Source: an uncultured Bacilli bacterium
GTDB taxonomy: Bacteria > Bacillota_I > Bacilli_A > RF39 > UBA660
Direction: 5' to 3'
Length of the DNA stretch: 56,246 nt
Assembly (NCBI GenBank): GCA_944358505.1
Contig: CALVRG010000020.1
Coordinates: 1-56,246, forward strand
The translations under genes were made by a program, and so were the position numbers. Below, one piece after another: positions 44,259-54,845 of this stretch; the stretch's first letter is position 1; every line of letters begins with the position of its first letter. The notes beneath the pieces are model-generated. The model did no database searches and was not told the origin of the DNA. It saw only the letters and a list, made by a program, of their open reading frames with translations.

Positions 44259-46886
44259 ATGAAAAAAATAATTTTAGTTGATGGAAATAATCTTTTGTTT
44301 AGAAGCTATTATGCAACAAGCTATAGTGGTGTTATCATGAGAAATTCTAAGGGCTATCCTACAAATGCTCTTTATGGTTTTATTAATATGATTAATAAAG
44401 TAATAGAAGAAGAGAAACCAAATTATATTTTAGTGGCTTTTGATAAAGGAAAAACCTTTAGACATGATAAATATGATTCTTATAAAGCAGGGAGAAAAGA
44501 AATGCCTGATGATTTAAGATTACAATTCCCTAAGGCTAAAGAGGTTCTTGAAGCAATGGGAATTAAATATTTTGAAATTGATAATTATGAAGCTGATGAT
44601 ATTATTGGCACCCTTGCTAAAAAAGTTGATTTAGAAGATGAGTTTATTGCAACTATTGTATCGAGCGATAAAGACTTACTTCAATTAATTAGTGATGAAG
44701 TTGATGTTAAGCTTTTAAAAACTAAAGGATTTATTAGATTTAATAAAGATGTGTTCAAAGAAACATATAAAATAGATCCAATTAATATGATTGATCTTAA
44801 AGCTTTAATGGGTGATATGTCTGATCATATACCTGGAGTTAAAGGTATTGGAGAAAAAACAGCTATTAACTTATTAGAAAAATATAAAACATTAGATAAT
44901 TTGTATTTGCATATTAACGAACTCACTCCTAAAACCAAGGAAAAATTAATAGATGACAAATATAATGCTTATATGAGTTATGACCTTGCAACAATTTATC
45001 GTGATGTTGATATTCCTTTTAGTTTAGAAGACTGTAAATATCAAGGATTTGATAAAGATAAATACATAAATATATTGGAAGAATTAGAATTTAAATCATT
45101 GATAAAAAAGATTAATACTAATAATAGCTCAAGTAATACTTTATTAAATAAAGAAAAAAGTGATTTAAATCAAACAAAAGAAAAAACTTTAGAGGAGTTT
45201 AACTTTAAAGAACCATATTCTTTTTATATAGAAATGGATGGATATAATTACAATGACTCCAATATATTAGGTGTTAGTTTTGCAAATTCTTCTGGTGTTT
45301 GTTTTTTAGATAAAGATAATATTTTTTCCTATAAACATTTATTTGAAAATGAAATAGAAAAGTTCACTTATGATTTAAAAAAATCATATATTCTTTTAAA
45401 TAAAATAGGGATCCAACTTAATAAGTGTAATTATGATACAATGATTGCTGCTTATTTATTAGATTATCAAATAAGTGATGATATCACTACTTTAATGAAA
45501 GAGTTTAATATAGATATAGATAGTTATGAGAATGTTTATGGTACTATAAAAAGAAAAAAAGAAGTTAACAAAGATGACATTATCAAAAACTGCAATTTAA
45601 AAAGTAATTTTATCTATAATACAAAAGGAGATTTCCTATTAAAATTAGAAGAATATGGAGAAAGCAAATTATTTACTGAAATTGAAATGCCTCTTGCTTT
45701 TGTATTAATTGATATGGAATTAACCGGATTTAGAGTAGATAAAGAATATTTATTAAATTTAAAAGACGAATTAGAAATAAAAATAAAAGATATGGAGGAA
45801 GACATATATAAAGAAGCAGGAACCTCTTTTAATATTATGTCGCCTAAACAATTAGGAGAAATCCTATTTATGAAACTAGAACTTCCATATCCTAAAAAAA
45901 GAAAAAAAGACGAAACAAATTTTTCTACAAGTAAAGATATATTAGATAAAATTAGCATTTACCATCCTATAATTAATAAAATATTAGAATATAGAACATT
46001 AACTAAATTATATGCTAACTATGTAGTTGGACTTTTAGAAAAAATTAAAGAAGATGGCAAAATACATACTATTTTCAATCAATGTTTAACTAGAACAGGA
46101 AGGCTTTCATCAAATGAACCTAATTTGCAAAACATTCCTATCAGAAGCGATTATACGAGATTGATCAGAAAAGCTTTTATTCCGGAAAATAATTCTATAA
46201 TAATGAGTTCTGATTACTCACAAATAGAACTTAGAATTTTCGCTGCTTTATCCAATACTAATGAATTAATACAAGCATTTATTGATGATAAAGATATTCA
46301 CACTAAAACTGCTGCTGATATATTCAAAGTTGAATTAAAAGACGTTACTAAAGATATGAGAAGAACTGCCAAAGCTGTTAATTTTGGTATTCTTTATGGA
46401 ATTAGTAGTTTTGGGTTATCTGAAGATTTAAAGATAGATTTAAATAGTGCTAAGAAGTTTATTGATAATTATTTAGAAACTTATTCTGGTATTAAAGAAT
46501 ATATGGACAAAGAAAAAAAAGATGCTTATAAAAATGGTTACGTAAAAACTATTATGAATAGAAGAAGAGTTATTAATGAACTTAAAAGTAGTAACTATAT
46601 GGTAAGAAGCGGTGGAGAAAGAATGGCTCTTAATACTCCAATACAAGGATCTGCTGCAGATATCTTAAAAAAAGCAATGGTAGATTTACATAACGAAATG
46701 AAAGAAAAAAAATTAAAGAGTAAAATACTCGTTCAAGTACATGATGAACTTGTTTTAAATGTTTATAAAGATGAAATTGATGAAGTTAAAAACTTAGTTA
46801 AAGATAAGATGGAAAACGTTATTAAACTTTCTGTTCCATTAAAAGTAGATATTGAAACAGGTAATGATTGGTACGAAGCAAAATAA
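44259..46886 (+). CDS. polA: DNA polymerase I
   Basis: 5' nuclease domain (ILVDGNNLLFRSYYA, YEADD), central exo-like domain, polymerase motifs DYSQIELR, RRTAKAVNFGILYG, QVHDEL. Confidence 0.95.
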   Translation: MKKIILVDGNNLLFRSYYATSYSGVIMRNSKGYPTNALYGFINMINKVIEEEKPNYILVAFDKGKTFRHDKYDSYKAGRKEMPDDLRLQFPKAKEVLEAMGIKYFEIDNYEADDIIGTLAKKVDLEDEFIATIVSSDKDLLQLISDEVDVKLLKTKGFIRFNKDVFKETYKIDPINMIDLKALMGDMSDHIPGVKGIGEKTAINLLEKYKTLDNLYLHINELTPKTKEKLIDDKYNAYMSYDLATIYRDVDIPFSLEDCKYQGFDKDKYINILEELEFKSLIKKINTNNSSSNTLLNKEKSDLNQTKEKTLEEFNFKEPYSFYIEMDGYNYNDSNILGVSFANSSGVCFLDKDNIFSYKHLFENEIEKFTYDLKKSYILLNKIGIQLNKCNYDTMIAAYLLDYQISDDITTLMKEFNIDIDSYENVYGTIKRKKEVNKDDIIKNCNLKSNFIYNTKGDFLLKLEEYGESKLFTEIEMPLAFVLIDMELTGFRVDKEYLLNLKDELEIKIKDMEEDIYKEAGTSFNIMSPKQLGEILFMKLELPYPKKRKKDETNFSTSKDILDKISIYHPIINKILEYRTLTKLYANYVVGLLEKIKEDGKIHTIFNQCLTRTGRLSSNEPNLQNIPIRSDYTRLIRKAFIPENNSIIMSSDYSQIELRIFAALSNTNELIQAFIDDKDIHTKTAADIFKVELKDVTKDMRRTAKAVNFGILYGISSFGLSEDLKIDLNSAKKFIDNYLETYSGIKEYMDKEKKDAYKNGYVKTIMNRRRVINELKSSNYMVRSGGERMALNTPIQGSAADILKKAMVDLHNEMKEKKLKSKILVQVHDELVLNVYKDEIDEVKNLVKDKMENVIKLSVPLKVDIETGNDWYEAK

Positions 46887-46900
46887 TAGGAGGTGAAAAA

Positions 46901-47719
46901 ATGCCTGAAAAACCAGAAGTTATTACAGTTAGTAAAACATTAGAAAAAATTATTATAGGTAAAATTATAAAAAAAGCAGATGTTTACCATGATAATATAA
47001 TTATTGGTGATGTAGAAAAGTTCAAAAAAGATTTAGTAGGTGAGAAAATAGAATCTATTACAACTAGAGGCAAATGGATAGTTATTTTTCTTACCACCAA
47101 AGCTTTAATAGTTCATCTTAGAATGGAAGGGAAATTTTTCTTCAGGAATTCGAGTGTTTTAAAGTCTAAACACGAACACGTTATTATAACATTCAATGAT
47201 AACACTGATATGAGATTTAATGATGTTAGAAAATTTGGAAAGATGGCTTGTTTGCCCAAAAAAGAAGTTTTTAATATTGAACCCCTTGCATCTTTAGGAC
47301 TCGAATATAACGATAAAAATTTAACACCAAATTACTTAGTTAGTGCATTAAAACAAAAAAGAATTCCTATAAAAACATCTTTACTTGATCAGTCTATTAT
47401 AACTGGTATTGGAAATATTTATGATGATGAGATACTATTTTTGAGTCACATTAATCCTTTAAGAAAATCTAATACTATTAGCTTAGATGAAGCAAATGCT
47501 ATTATAAAAAATACCAGTATTATTCTAAAAAAAGCCATTAAAATGGGAGGAACTACTATTAAAAGCTTTACATCAGCTGAAGGAGTGCATGGACTTTTTC
47601 AAAACGAACTTTTAGTACATGGAAAAAAGGATGGATTATGTCCTATTTGTAATAGTAAAATTAGTGTTATTAAAATAGGGGGAAGAAGCACTTATTTTTG
47701 CCCTAATTGTCAAAAATAA
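46901..47719 (+). CDS. mutM: Formamidopyrimidine-DNA glycosylase
   Basis: RBS GGAGGTG. MPEKPEV (catalytic Pro2/Glu3), H2TH, C-terminal zinc finger CPICNSK...GGRSTYFCPNCQK. Confidence 0.9.
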   Translation: MPEKPEVITVSKTLEKIIIGKIIKKADVYHDNIIIGDVEKFKKDLVGEKIESITTRGKWIVIFLTTKALIVHLRMEGKFFFRNSSVLKSKHEHVIITFNDNTDMRFNDVRKFGKMACLPKKEVFNIEPLASLGLEYNDKNLTPNYLVSALKQKRIPIKTSLLDQSIITGIGNIYDDEILFLSHINPLRKSNTISLDEANAIIKNTSIILKKAIKMGGTTIKSFTSAEGVHGLFQNELLVHGKKDGLCPICNSKISVIKIGGRSTYFCPNCQK

Positions 47720-47924
47720 AATAATTAACGAAAGATTTTTTGAAATGTTTCTTGTTAAAGACTAAACAAAAAAATAAAATTTGTCATTATAGTGATTAGG
47801 CAGAGACGATTAAGAAAAATGATATATTTAGTAATATTTATTATAATAAATTAATAGATATAACTTTCAATTTATTATAAACTATGTTATAATTATATAG
47901 CTTGAAAGAAGGAGTGAAGTTATA

Positions 47925-49334
47925 ATGAAAAAAACAAAAATTGTTTGTAGTATAGGTCCTGCTAGTAACCAAGCAGATGTAATGGAAAAAATGGTAAGAG
48001 CAGGCATGAATGTAGCAAGAATTAATTTTTCACATGCTACATTAGAAGAAAGAGAACTTGCATGTTCATCAGTTCGAGAAGTTAGAAAAAGAACTGGTAT
48101 GAATATAGCAATTCTTTGGGATACTAAGGGTCCTGAATTTAGATGTGGAATTATGGAAAATGATTCTATTGAACTAGTAGCCGGTGAAACTATAGATATA
48201 GTTAAAGAAACTGTTACTGGTACTAAAGAAAGATTTTCTGTTAATCATCCTAGTGCCATTGATTCACTTAATGTTGGAGATATAATTTTACTTGAAAATG
48301 CTAAAATGAAACTTGAAATAATCACTAAATCTGAAGATAGAGTTACTTGCAAAATTATTTCAGGTGGTATTTTAGGAAACCGTAAAAGTATGAGCGTTCC
48401 AGGCATTAAACTTGACATTCCTTATATAAGTGATGTTGATAGAGAAGATATCATTTATGCTTGTGAACATGGTGGTGAATTTCTTGCTTTATCTTTTGTA
48501 TCTAGTAAAGAAGATGTATTAGAAGTTAAAAAAATCTTAAAAGAATACAATAGAGAAGATTTACAAATTATTTGTAAAATTGAAAGTGCTTTAGGAATTG
48601 AAAACTTAGAAGAAATTCTTGAAGTAAGTGATGGTGTTATGGTAGCACGTGGTGACCTTGGTACAGAAGTGCCTAGCGAAATGGTTCCAATTTATCAAAA
48701 ACAAATGATTAATACATGCCGTAGAATGGGTAAAATATCCATCGTTGCTACTGAAATGCTTGAAACTATGATGGATAATATTCGTCCAAAAAGAGCAGAA
48801 ACAAGTGATATTGCTAATGCTGTATTAGATGGTACTGATGCCGTTATGTTAAGTGGTGAAACAACAGTTGGAAAACATCCAGTTGAAACAGTAGCTGCTA
48901 TGGCCAATATTTGTGAAACAACTGAAAAATATGCTAAATTTGATTATGCTTTTGATATTGAACATCTTGATAGTATTACAAAATCAATTGCATCAAATGT
49001 AGTACTTAGTACAGATGCTTTAGGGGCTAAGTTAATTTGTGCTGCCACTATTAGTGGTAGAACCGCTAGAGTTATCAGTAATTTAAAACCAGATGCTCCA
49101 ATACTTGCATTATGTCCAGATGAAAAAACAGGACGCAGGCTTGCTTTAAATTGGGGAGTTTATGATAGTTCTTTACCATATTTGGATACAACTGATCAAG
49201 TATTATTACAAAGTGTTACAAAAGCTAAAGAATTTATGGAATTAAATAAGGGAGATTATATTGTTATCACTGGAGGTTTCCCTAATAGTGATCCTAAAAG
49301 AATTACTAATTTGATGAAAATTGAAGAAATTTAA
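47925..49334 (+). CDS. pyk: Pyruvate kinase
   Basis: KKTKIVCSIGPAS, ARINFSHA, MVARGDLG, ATEMLETM, SGETTVGKHPVE. Confidence 0.95.
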   Translation: MKKTKIVCSIGPASNQADVMEKMVRAGMNVARINFSHATLEERELACSSVREVRKRTGMNIAILWDTKGPEFRCGIMENDSIELVAGETIDIVKETVTGTKERFSVNHPSAIDSLNVGDIILLENAKMKLEIITKSEDRVTCKIISGGILGNRKSMSVPGIKLDIPYISDVDREDIIYACEHGGEFLALSFVSSKEDVLEVKKILKEYNREDLQIICKIESALGIENLEEILEVSDGVMVARGDLGTEVPSEMVPIYQKQMINTCRRMGKISIVATEMLETMMDNIRPKRAETSDIANAVLDGTDAVMLSGETTVGKHPVETVAAMANICETTEKYAKFDYAFDIEHLDSITKSIASNVVLSTDALGAKLICAATISGRTARVISNLKPDAPILALCPDEKTGRRLALNWGVYDSSLPYLDTTDQVLLQSVTKAKEFMELNKGDYIVITGGFPNSDPKRITNLMKIEEI

Positions 49335-49338
49335 ATAT

Positions 49339-49369
49339 AAAAAATACAAGATAAATTCTTGTATTTTTT
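49339..49369. terminator. Bidirectional terminator between the convergent pyk and gmk
   Basis: AAAATACAAGA (49341-49351), 5-nt loop, TCTTGTATTTT (49357-49367). Confidence 0.8.
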
Positions 49370-50057
49370 AATTTATATCTATTTTAGAATTATTAAACCC
49401 TTTTACATCTTTTAATAATTCTTCATGAACTTTTTCTTCTTTATTATCAAGATAAACTTCTTCTATTCTATCGACTCTAAGACGTTCAGCTTCTAGTATT
49501 GAATTAACCTTTGATACCGCAATATCTAATTTATCATTTACAACAACATAATTATATTTAGGTATCTCATTTATTTCTTCATAAGCTCTTTTAAATCTTT
49601 TATCAATTTTATCAAGACTATCAGTATTTCTATTAATTAATCTTTTCTTCAATTCCTCCATAGAAGGCGGCATTATAAAAATAAAAACAGTTTCATCTAA
49701 TTTTTCTTTAATTTTTAAAGCTCCTTGTATTTCGATTTCAAGTATTACATCTTCACCGTTATCCAAATGCTCTTTAATATACTTTTTAGGTGTACCATAA
49801 TAATTACCGGAGTACTCCGCATATTCTAGAAACTCATTATTTCTTATATCTTCTTCAAATTCTTCTTTTGATAAAAAATAATAATTAATGCCATTTTTTT
49901 CTGCACCCCTTGGTTCTCTACTAGTACAAGAAATAGACACCCAGGTATTTTTTCTTATTTTTAATAACTCATTAATGATGCTATTTTTACCGCAACCAGA
50001 AGGTCCTGATATTACTATTAAAAGTCCTTGTTTTTTAGTTTTTACCATGTTTTCCAT
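49368..50057 (-). CDS. gmk: Guanylate kinase
   Basis: LLIVISGPSGCGKNS (P-loop), TSREPRGAEKNGINYYF, LEIEIQG. Confidence 0.85.
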   Translation of the reverse strand: MENMVKTKKQGLLIVISGPSGCGKNSIINELLKIRKNTWVSISCTSREPRGAEKNGINYYFLSKEEFEEDIRNNEFLEYAEYSGNYYGTPKKYIKEHLDNGEDVILEIEIQGALKIKEKLDETVFIFIMPPSMEELKKRLINRNTDSLDKIDKRFKRAYEEINEIPKYNYVVVNDKLDIAVSKVNSILEAERLRVDRIEEVYLDNKEEKVHEELLKDVKGFNNSKIDIN

Positions 50058-50061
50058 ATAT

Positions 50062-51231
50062 TTAATCCTTTCTTATTGGTTTCATCTTATATTCAGCTTC
50101 TATTAAGCTTTTACTCATTTCTTTATCAAATACTAATGAATATATTTTAGTAATAAGGTACTCATATTCCAACATTCCATCTTTTTCTCTTGTAAACTTA
50201 CTAATTAATGGTATTTGTAAATCTTTTTTTATAATATTTAGATAATTTCTACCTTTATTAGAGAAGCCTAATAATCTAACATATTTTATATCTTTAAATT
50301 GATCTTTTAAATCCTTAGTATAATTACACAATATATAAATAAGTGTTCTAGAAATTCTTGCATAAGTTAAATTCTTACTTTTAACATTATTAATTAATTG
50401 ATCAAAACTATAACTATTCATTATTTCTTTTTTTAATTTAGTAGAAATTCCACTATCAACCAAATTATAAACAGTTAAATCGTTACTACTAATTATTTTG
50501 TATTTTAAAAGATTAAAGTAATCATCCAGTTTAGGAACTTTTTTGCTTTTTAAATAACTATAAGTAATAGATGGAATACTATCTTTAACATCATTTCCTT
50601 TAAATAAAGATTGCCTTATACTAGTAGCACTACTTATATTAGTTTTATAATCTAGAGATTTATCATGATAATCATTTGTTCTTTTTATAGCATGTACTTC
50701 TATTCTATAATTTTTCTTTAATATTCTCTTAATATAACTAATAGCAAGAATATCATTGGGTAATTTATAACAATTACCAGTTATATCTTCTAAAGCTTTA
50801 GAAAGGGAAGTAGGGTAGTTATAACCCATTCTTAAATAAACTTGTACTAAACTATCAAAATTAGAATTATAAAGCTCTGTCTCTACTAATTTTTTTATTC
50901 CCTCAATATCATTAGTCTCGCTTCCAAAAACAATATCAGTAACGCCTAAATAATTACATAAATCAATTGATCCTTTGGCAAATATATCAGCTGAAGCACA
51001 GGAAAAAGGAAAAGGAAGTTCAACAACCAAATCTATTCCATATTCTAAAGCTAATTTGGTTTTAGTCCATTTATCTAATATAGAAATATCACCTCTTTGA
51101 GTAAAATTACCACCAAGTATCAAAATAATAGGACTATCAGAAAACATTTCTTTAACTTTTTCTAAATGATATAAATGTCCATTATGAAATGGATTATATT
51201 CAGCAATTATCCCAATAACATGTTTGTACAA
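50062..51231 (-). CDS. tmcAL: tRNA(Met) cytidine acetate ligase (YlbM/UPF0348 nucleotidyltransferase)
   Basis: GIIAEYNPFHNGHLYHL (HxGH), size about 390 aa. Start is either TTG 51231 (5 nt after GGAGGTG) or GTG 51240. Confidence 0.75.
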   Translation of the reverse strand: MYKHVIGIIAEYNPFHNGHLYHLEKVKEMFSDSPIILILGGNFTQRGDISILDKWTKTKLALEYGIDLVVELPFPFSCASADIFAKGSIDLCNYLGVTDIVFGSETNDIEGIKKLVETELYNSNFDSLVQVYLRMGYNYPTSLSKALEDITGNCYKLPNDILAISYIKRILKKNYRIEVHAIKRTNDYHDKSLDYKTNISSATSIRQSLFKGNDVKDSIPSITYSYLKSKKVPKLDDYFNLLKYKIISSNDLTVYNLVDSGISTKLKKEIMNSYSFDQLINNVKSKNLTYARISRTLIYILCNYTKDLKDQFKDIKYVRLLGFSNKGRNYLNIIKKDLQIPLISKFTREKDGMLEYEYLITKIYSLVFDKEMSKSLIEAEYKMKPIRKD

Positions 51232-51389
51232 ATGATCCACCTCCTTAAAATTATCACTAATTATAACATTTTTTAATTAATAAATCAATAAAGTAAAATT
51301 ATTCTAAATTTCTACGTTTTTTATAAAATAAATTTAGATTTTTTACAAATTCTTTAAATAGTTATATAATAGTTTTAGAGGATGATATT

Positions 51390-52292
51390 ATGAAACTAGA
51401 TATAGCAAAAGATAATTTCCTAGAATACTGTAAATTTGAAAAAGGTCTTTCTTATAACACTATCAAATCTTACAACTATGAAATGAAAGATTATCTTCTT
51501 TTTCTAATAGAAAAAAGAAAAATAGAAAATGTTAACAGCATTACAAGAAATGACATTTTAGAATATTTAAAATATTGTTATGATCGCAATGAAGATAGTA
51601 AAACTGTTGCTCACAAACTAACTATTATTAAAAACTTTCATAATTATCTTGAAAAAGAAGAAAATGAAAAAGGCAACCCCAGTGAATTCATAGATAGACC
51701 TAAAACCGCCAAAACACTTCCTCATACTTTATCAATTGAAGAAATCAATAAACTACTTGATATTAAATTGATTAGCCCATTTGACTATAGAAATAAAGCT
51801 ATGTTAGAATTAATGTATGGTTCTGGACTTAGAGTATCAGAACTTATAAGTCTAACAGTTTATGATATTGATTTTAAAAATGCAATTATTAGAATTAAAG
51901 GTAAAGGTAGTAAAGAAAGAATTGTACCCATTAACGATATAGCAATCTTTTATTTAAAAGAATATTTAAATAAAAGAAACTTACTTATTAAAAAAAGACA
52001 ATCAAATTATCTATTCTTAAATTCCAGAGGTAATGTTATTTCAAGACAAGGATTTTTTAAAAATTTAAAAGAAATATTGCAAGAAAAAGGTCTTGATAAG
52101 AATATATCACCTCATAGTCTACGTCATTCATTTGCAACACATTTATTAAATGGAGGTGCAGATTTAAGAAGTATACAAATGCTGTTAGGACATTCTGACA
52201 TTGCTACTACTAAAATATATACACATATTAGTAATGAAAAAGTAAAAAAAGATTATTTAGAAAATCATCCACGTGCTAAAAAGGAGAATTAA
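51390..52292 (+). CDS. xerD: Tyrosine recombinase XerD-type
   Basis: SAM-like N-domain, GLRVSEL, HSLRHSFATHLL, LGHSDIATTKIYTH (catalytic Tyr). deoB follows, as downstream of ripX in B. subtilis. Confidence 0.85.
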   Translation: MKLDIAKDNFLEYCKFEKGLSYNTIKSYNYEMKDYLLFLIEKRKIENVNSITRNDILEYLKYCYDRNEDSKTVAHKLTIIKNFHNYLEKEENEKGNPSEFIDRPKTAKTLPHTLSIEEINKLLDIKLISPFDYRNKAMLELMYGSGLRVSELISLTVYDIDFKNAIIRIKGKGSKERIVPINDIAIFYLKEYLNKRNLLIKKRQSNYLFLNSRGNVISRQGFFKNLKEILQEKGLDKNISPHSLRHSFATHLLNGGADLRSIQMLLGHSDIATTKIYTHISNEKVKKDYLENHPRAKKEN

Positions 52293-52293
52293 T

Positions 52294-53463
52294 ATGAAAT
52301 TTAAGAGAATATTTTTAATGGTTTTAGATTCATTAGGAGTAGGTGAGGCATCTGATGCTTCAAGTTATGGTGATAATGGTGCTAACACTTTAGGTCATAT
52401 TAAAGAACAATACGATTTGTTTATTCCAAATCTTGCAAAATTAGGATTTTTAAACACTTTGAATATGGATGAAAACAATGATGTTGATGCCTATTATACT
52501 ATAGCTAGACCCAATAACGCCGGTAAAGACACTTTAGCCGGTCATTATGAAATGATTGGTATTACATCTAATGTCCCATTTAAAACTTTTAACGAAAATG
52601 GCTTCCCAATAGAATTGATAGATCTTATCGAAAAAGAAACTGGCAGAAGAGTTATAGGAAATAAATGTAGTAATGATAATTCCATTATTAATGAACTAGG
52701 TGAAAGGCAGCTTGATTATGGTTCATTAATAGTTTACACTTCCGCTGATTCCGATTTACAAATAGCCGCCCACGAAGATATTATTAGTCCTGAACAATTA
52801 TATAGTTATTGTGAAAAAGTAAGAGAATTAACATTAAGAGATGATTTTTTAGTAGGTAGAGTTATTGCAAGACCATTTAATGGTAGCAACAATAAATTTA
52901 AATTAAATAATGCCGGAAGAAAAGATTATCCAATACAAATAGAAAAAAAGACTATATTAGATGATTTAAATAACAATAATTATAATGTTATTGCTATTGG
53001 TAAAATGAATGACATCTTTTGCAATAAAGGTATTAATAAATCATTAAAAGCATCTACAAATATGGATGCAATTAATAAATTAACCAATATTATGGATAAA
53101 AAGTTCACAGGTTTATGCATGGTTAATCTATGTGATTTTGATAGTCTATATGGTCATCAAAGAGATGTACAGGGATATGGCAAAGCTATAGAAGAACTAG
53201 ATGTAGAAATACCAATTATCCTAAACAAACTAGAAGTAGACGACTTACTTATTATTACAGCAGACCATGGCAATGATCCAACTTTTAGAGGTAATGATCA
53301 TACAAGAGAAAATGTTCCTTTAATACTATATAGTAGAGAATTCAAGTATCCAAAGAGAATAGAAATACAAGATAGTTTAGCTAATATTGGAGCTACAATT
53401 GCTGAAAACTTTAATATCGCACCACCAGAAATAGGAAAAAGTATTTTAGAAGAATTAGAGTAG
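52294..53463 (+). CDS. deoB: Phosphopentomutase
   Basis: RBS AAGGAG. MKFKRIFLMVLDSLGVGEA, GKDTLAGHYEM, DFDSLYGHQRD, ITADHGNDPT. Confidence 0.92.
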   Translation: MKFKRIFLMVLDSLGVGEASDASSYGDNGANTLGHIKEQYDLFIPNLAKLGFLNTLNMDENNDVDAYYTIARPNNAGKDTLAGHYEMIGITSNVPFKTFNENGFPIELIDLIEKETGRRVIGNKCSNDNSIINELGERQLDYGSLIVYTSADSDLQIAAHEDIISPEQLYSYCEKVRELTLRDDFLVGRVIARPFNGSNNKFKLNNAGRKDYPIQIEKKTILDDLNNNNYNVIAIGKMNDIFCNKGINKSLKASTNMDAINKLTNIMDKKFTGLCMVNLCDFDSLYGHQRDVQGYGKAIEELDVEIPIILNKLEVDDLLIITADHGNDPTFRGNDHTRENVPLILYSREFKYPKRIEIQDSLANIGATIAENFNIAPPEIGKSILEELE

Positions 53464-53476
53464 TAAGAATAAAATA

Positions 53477-53511
53477 AAGAAGACTAATAGTCATTTGCTA
53501 TTAGTCTTCTT
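53477..53511. terminator. Bidirectional terminator between deoB and the convergent DUF1540 gene
   Basis: AAGAAGACTAATAG (53477-53490), 7-nt loop, CTATTAGTCTTCTT (53498-53511): 14-bp stem. Confidence 0.8.
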
Positions 53512-53680
53512 TGTCTCCTTTTTCAAAGCTAGCACACACAGTTTGCTCTTGATCACTAACCTCATCCTTTGGACAATCACAGTTACTACTAACTTTAATC
53601 TCCTCTAAATTACATTCATGATTATTTTTATTATATTTACAACTATCCACTTCACATTTAATATTTTGTTTCTTTTTCAT
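53501..53680 (-). CDS. DUF1540-type small Cys-rich protein (59 aa), not in the ORF track
   Basis: RBS GGAGAG plus ATG 53680. MKKKQNIKCEVDSCKYNKNNHECNLEEIKVSSNCDCPKDEVSDQEQTVCASFEKGDKED*. The C-x-x-x-x-C ... H-C ... C-x-C ... T-x-C-x-S-F pattern is typical of DUF1540. Confidence 0.6.
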   Translation of the reverse strand: MKKKQNIKCEVDSCKYNKNNHECNLEEIKVSSNCDCPKDEVSDQEQTVCASFEKGDKED

Positions 53681-54297
53681 TTTATCTCTCCTTCAATAAT
53701 AGTATTTACTAAATTTTAATAAATATACTATCATAATAATTTTTAGATATTTAAATTTAATTAGAGTAGGGGAAGATATCATTTTTTAATAAAAGTCAAC
53801 TATAATTTTAGAATTTATTTCCTCTTCCCTATACGAATAAATATAATCACAACCTACATAATAACCATACATACATTAACCTAACTCCCCTATTATTTAT
53901 CAATCTTTAAACAGGATAGGGCATTACTATTATTATATATGGCATAAATAGTACCTAAATACTTTTGATTGGTACATTTAAACTAATAACAATATTAAAA
54001 TGAATATTTTAATAGTATTCATATTAAATAAAGGATTTCAAAAATAATTAAACTATATTATTTTTGGAATAAATAAAATATACATATAAATCCATGTATT
54101 AATAAATTAATAAACAATTATATAGTAATGAATTTAATATGCATGATGTAACTAGAAATTATATTTTGTTCTTAAATTACTTCAAAGGAAAGGATAAGCA
54201 AAACAAGAGAAATCTACAACTTCCCATAATATATATTATGTTAACTAGTATAATAATAAAACCCGAGGTAGAATTTTTCTTTTCCAACTAAAATATA

Positions 54298-54621
54298 TCA
54301 TAAAGAAGAAAATAAAGCAATAAAAAACATAATTAAAAATATAGCAAACATAATTAAAGCTGGAACCAAAGTCAATTCATATAATGTTTTTCCTTTTTTT
54401 TCACTAATATTATTGTCAGTATTCATTAAAGTTTCAATTTCATTTTCGTAACTAGTTGATATATTATTTTGATCAAAAAAATTAATTTTAGAATTGATTT
54501 TTGATAAATATCTAACTATTAAAAAAAGAAAAACCAATATAAGCAAAGGAAAAAAATAAGTTAAAAACAAAAAATAATAATAATTATAAGAAAAAAAATT
54601 ATAAATAGTATTACTATCCAT
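54298..54621 (-). CDS. Hypothetical two-TM membrane protein (107 aa)
   Basis: RBS AAGAGGTG plus ATG 54621. Tyr/Phe-rich N-terminal TM, polar loop, C-terminal TM. Confidence 0.45.
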   Translation of the reverse strand: MDSNTIYNFFSYNYYYFLFLTYFFPLLILVFLFLIVRYLSKINSKINFFDQNNISTSYENEIETLMNTDNNISEKKGKTLYELTLVPALIMFAIFLIMFFIALFSSL

Positions 54622-54741
54622 AAAAAACACCTCTTTACATTAAAATTATATCAAAAAAAACATTACTCCCCTATCCTAAAATAAGTGCTTTACATATACT
54701 TTACACTTTATGAGTACTTCTTAATTTATTTTATTGATAAC

Positions 54742-54773
54742 AAAAAAGAACAAGTATAAACTTGTCTTTTTTT
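54742..54773. terminator. Short stem-loop flanked by an A-run and a T-run, downstream of rep
   Basis: AAAAAAGAACAAGT-ATAA-ACTTGTCTTTTTTT. Confidence 0.5.
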
Positions 54774-54845
54774 AAATTCCATTATAAATTATTAATTTAT
54801 TTAGTCAAGGACTTCGCAAGTGCTATCGCATCCTTGACACATAAA

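Noticed and set aside
479-50106. Antisense or alternative-frame ORFs from the six-frame track. They are 479-763, 3397-3783, 6937-7173, 8209-8403, 11529-11927, 12454-12702, 17525-17749, 18238-18525, 20508-20786, 23091-23324, 24153-24356, 25525-25719, 32705-32956, 33164-33472, 34177-34368, 36779-36994, 37073-37282, 37210-37422, 38658-38852, 39301-39561, 41780-42025, 42555-42854, 42984-43175, 45614-45958, 48695-48907 and 49888-50106.
   Set aside because: Each lies wholly inside, or antisense to, a well-supported gene. They lack RBSs and have Ser/Leu/Ile/Phe-rich shadow-frame composition. This is the typical result of AT-rich codon usage leaving few stops on the opposite strand.
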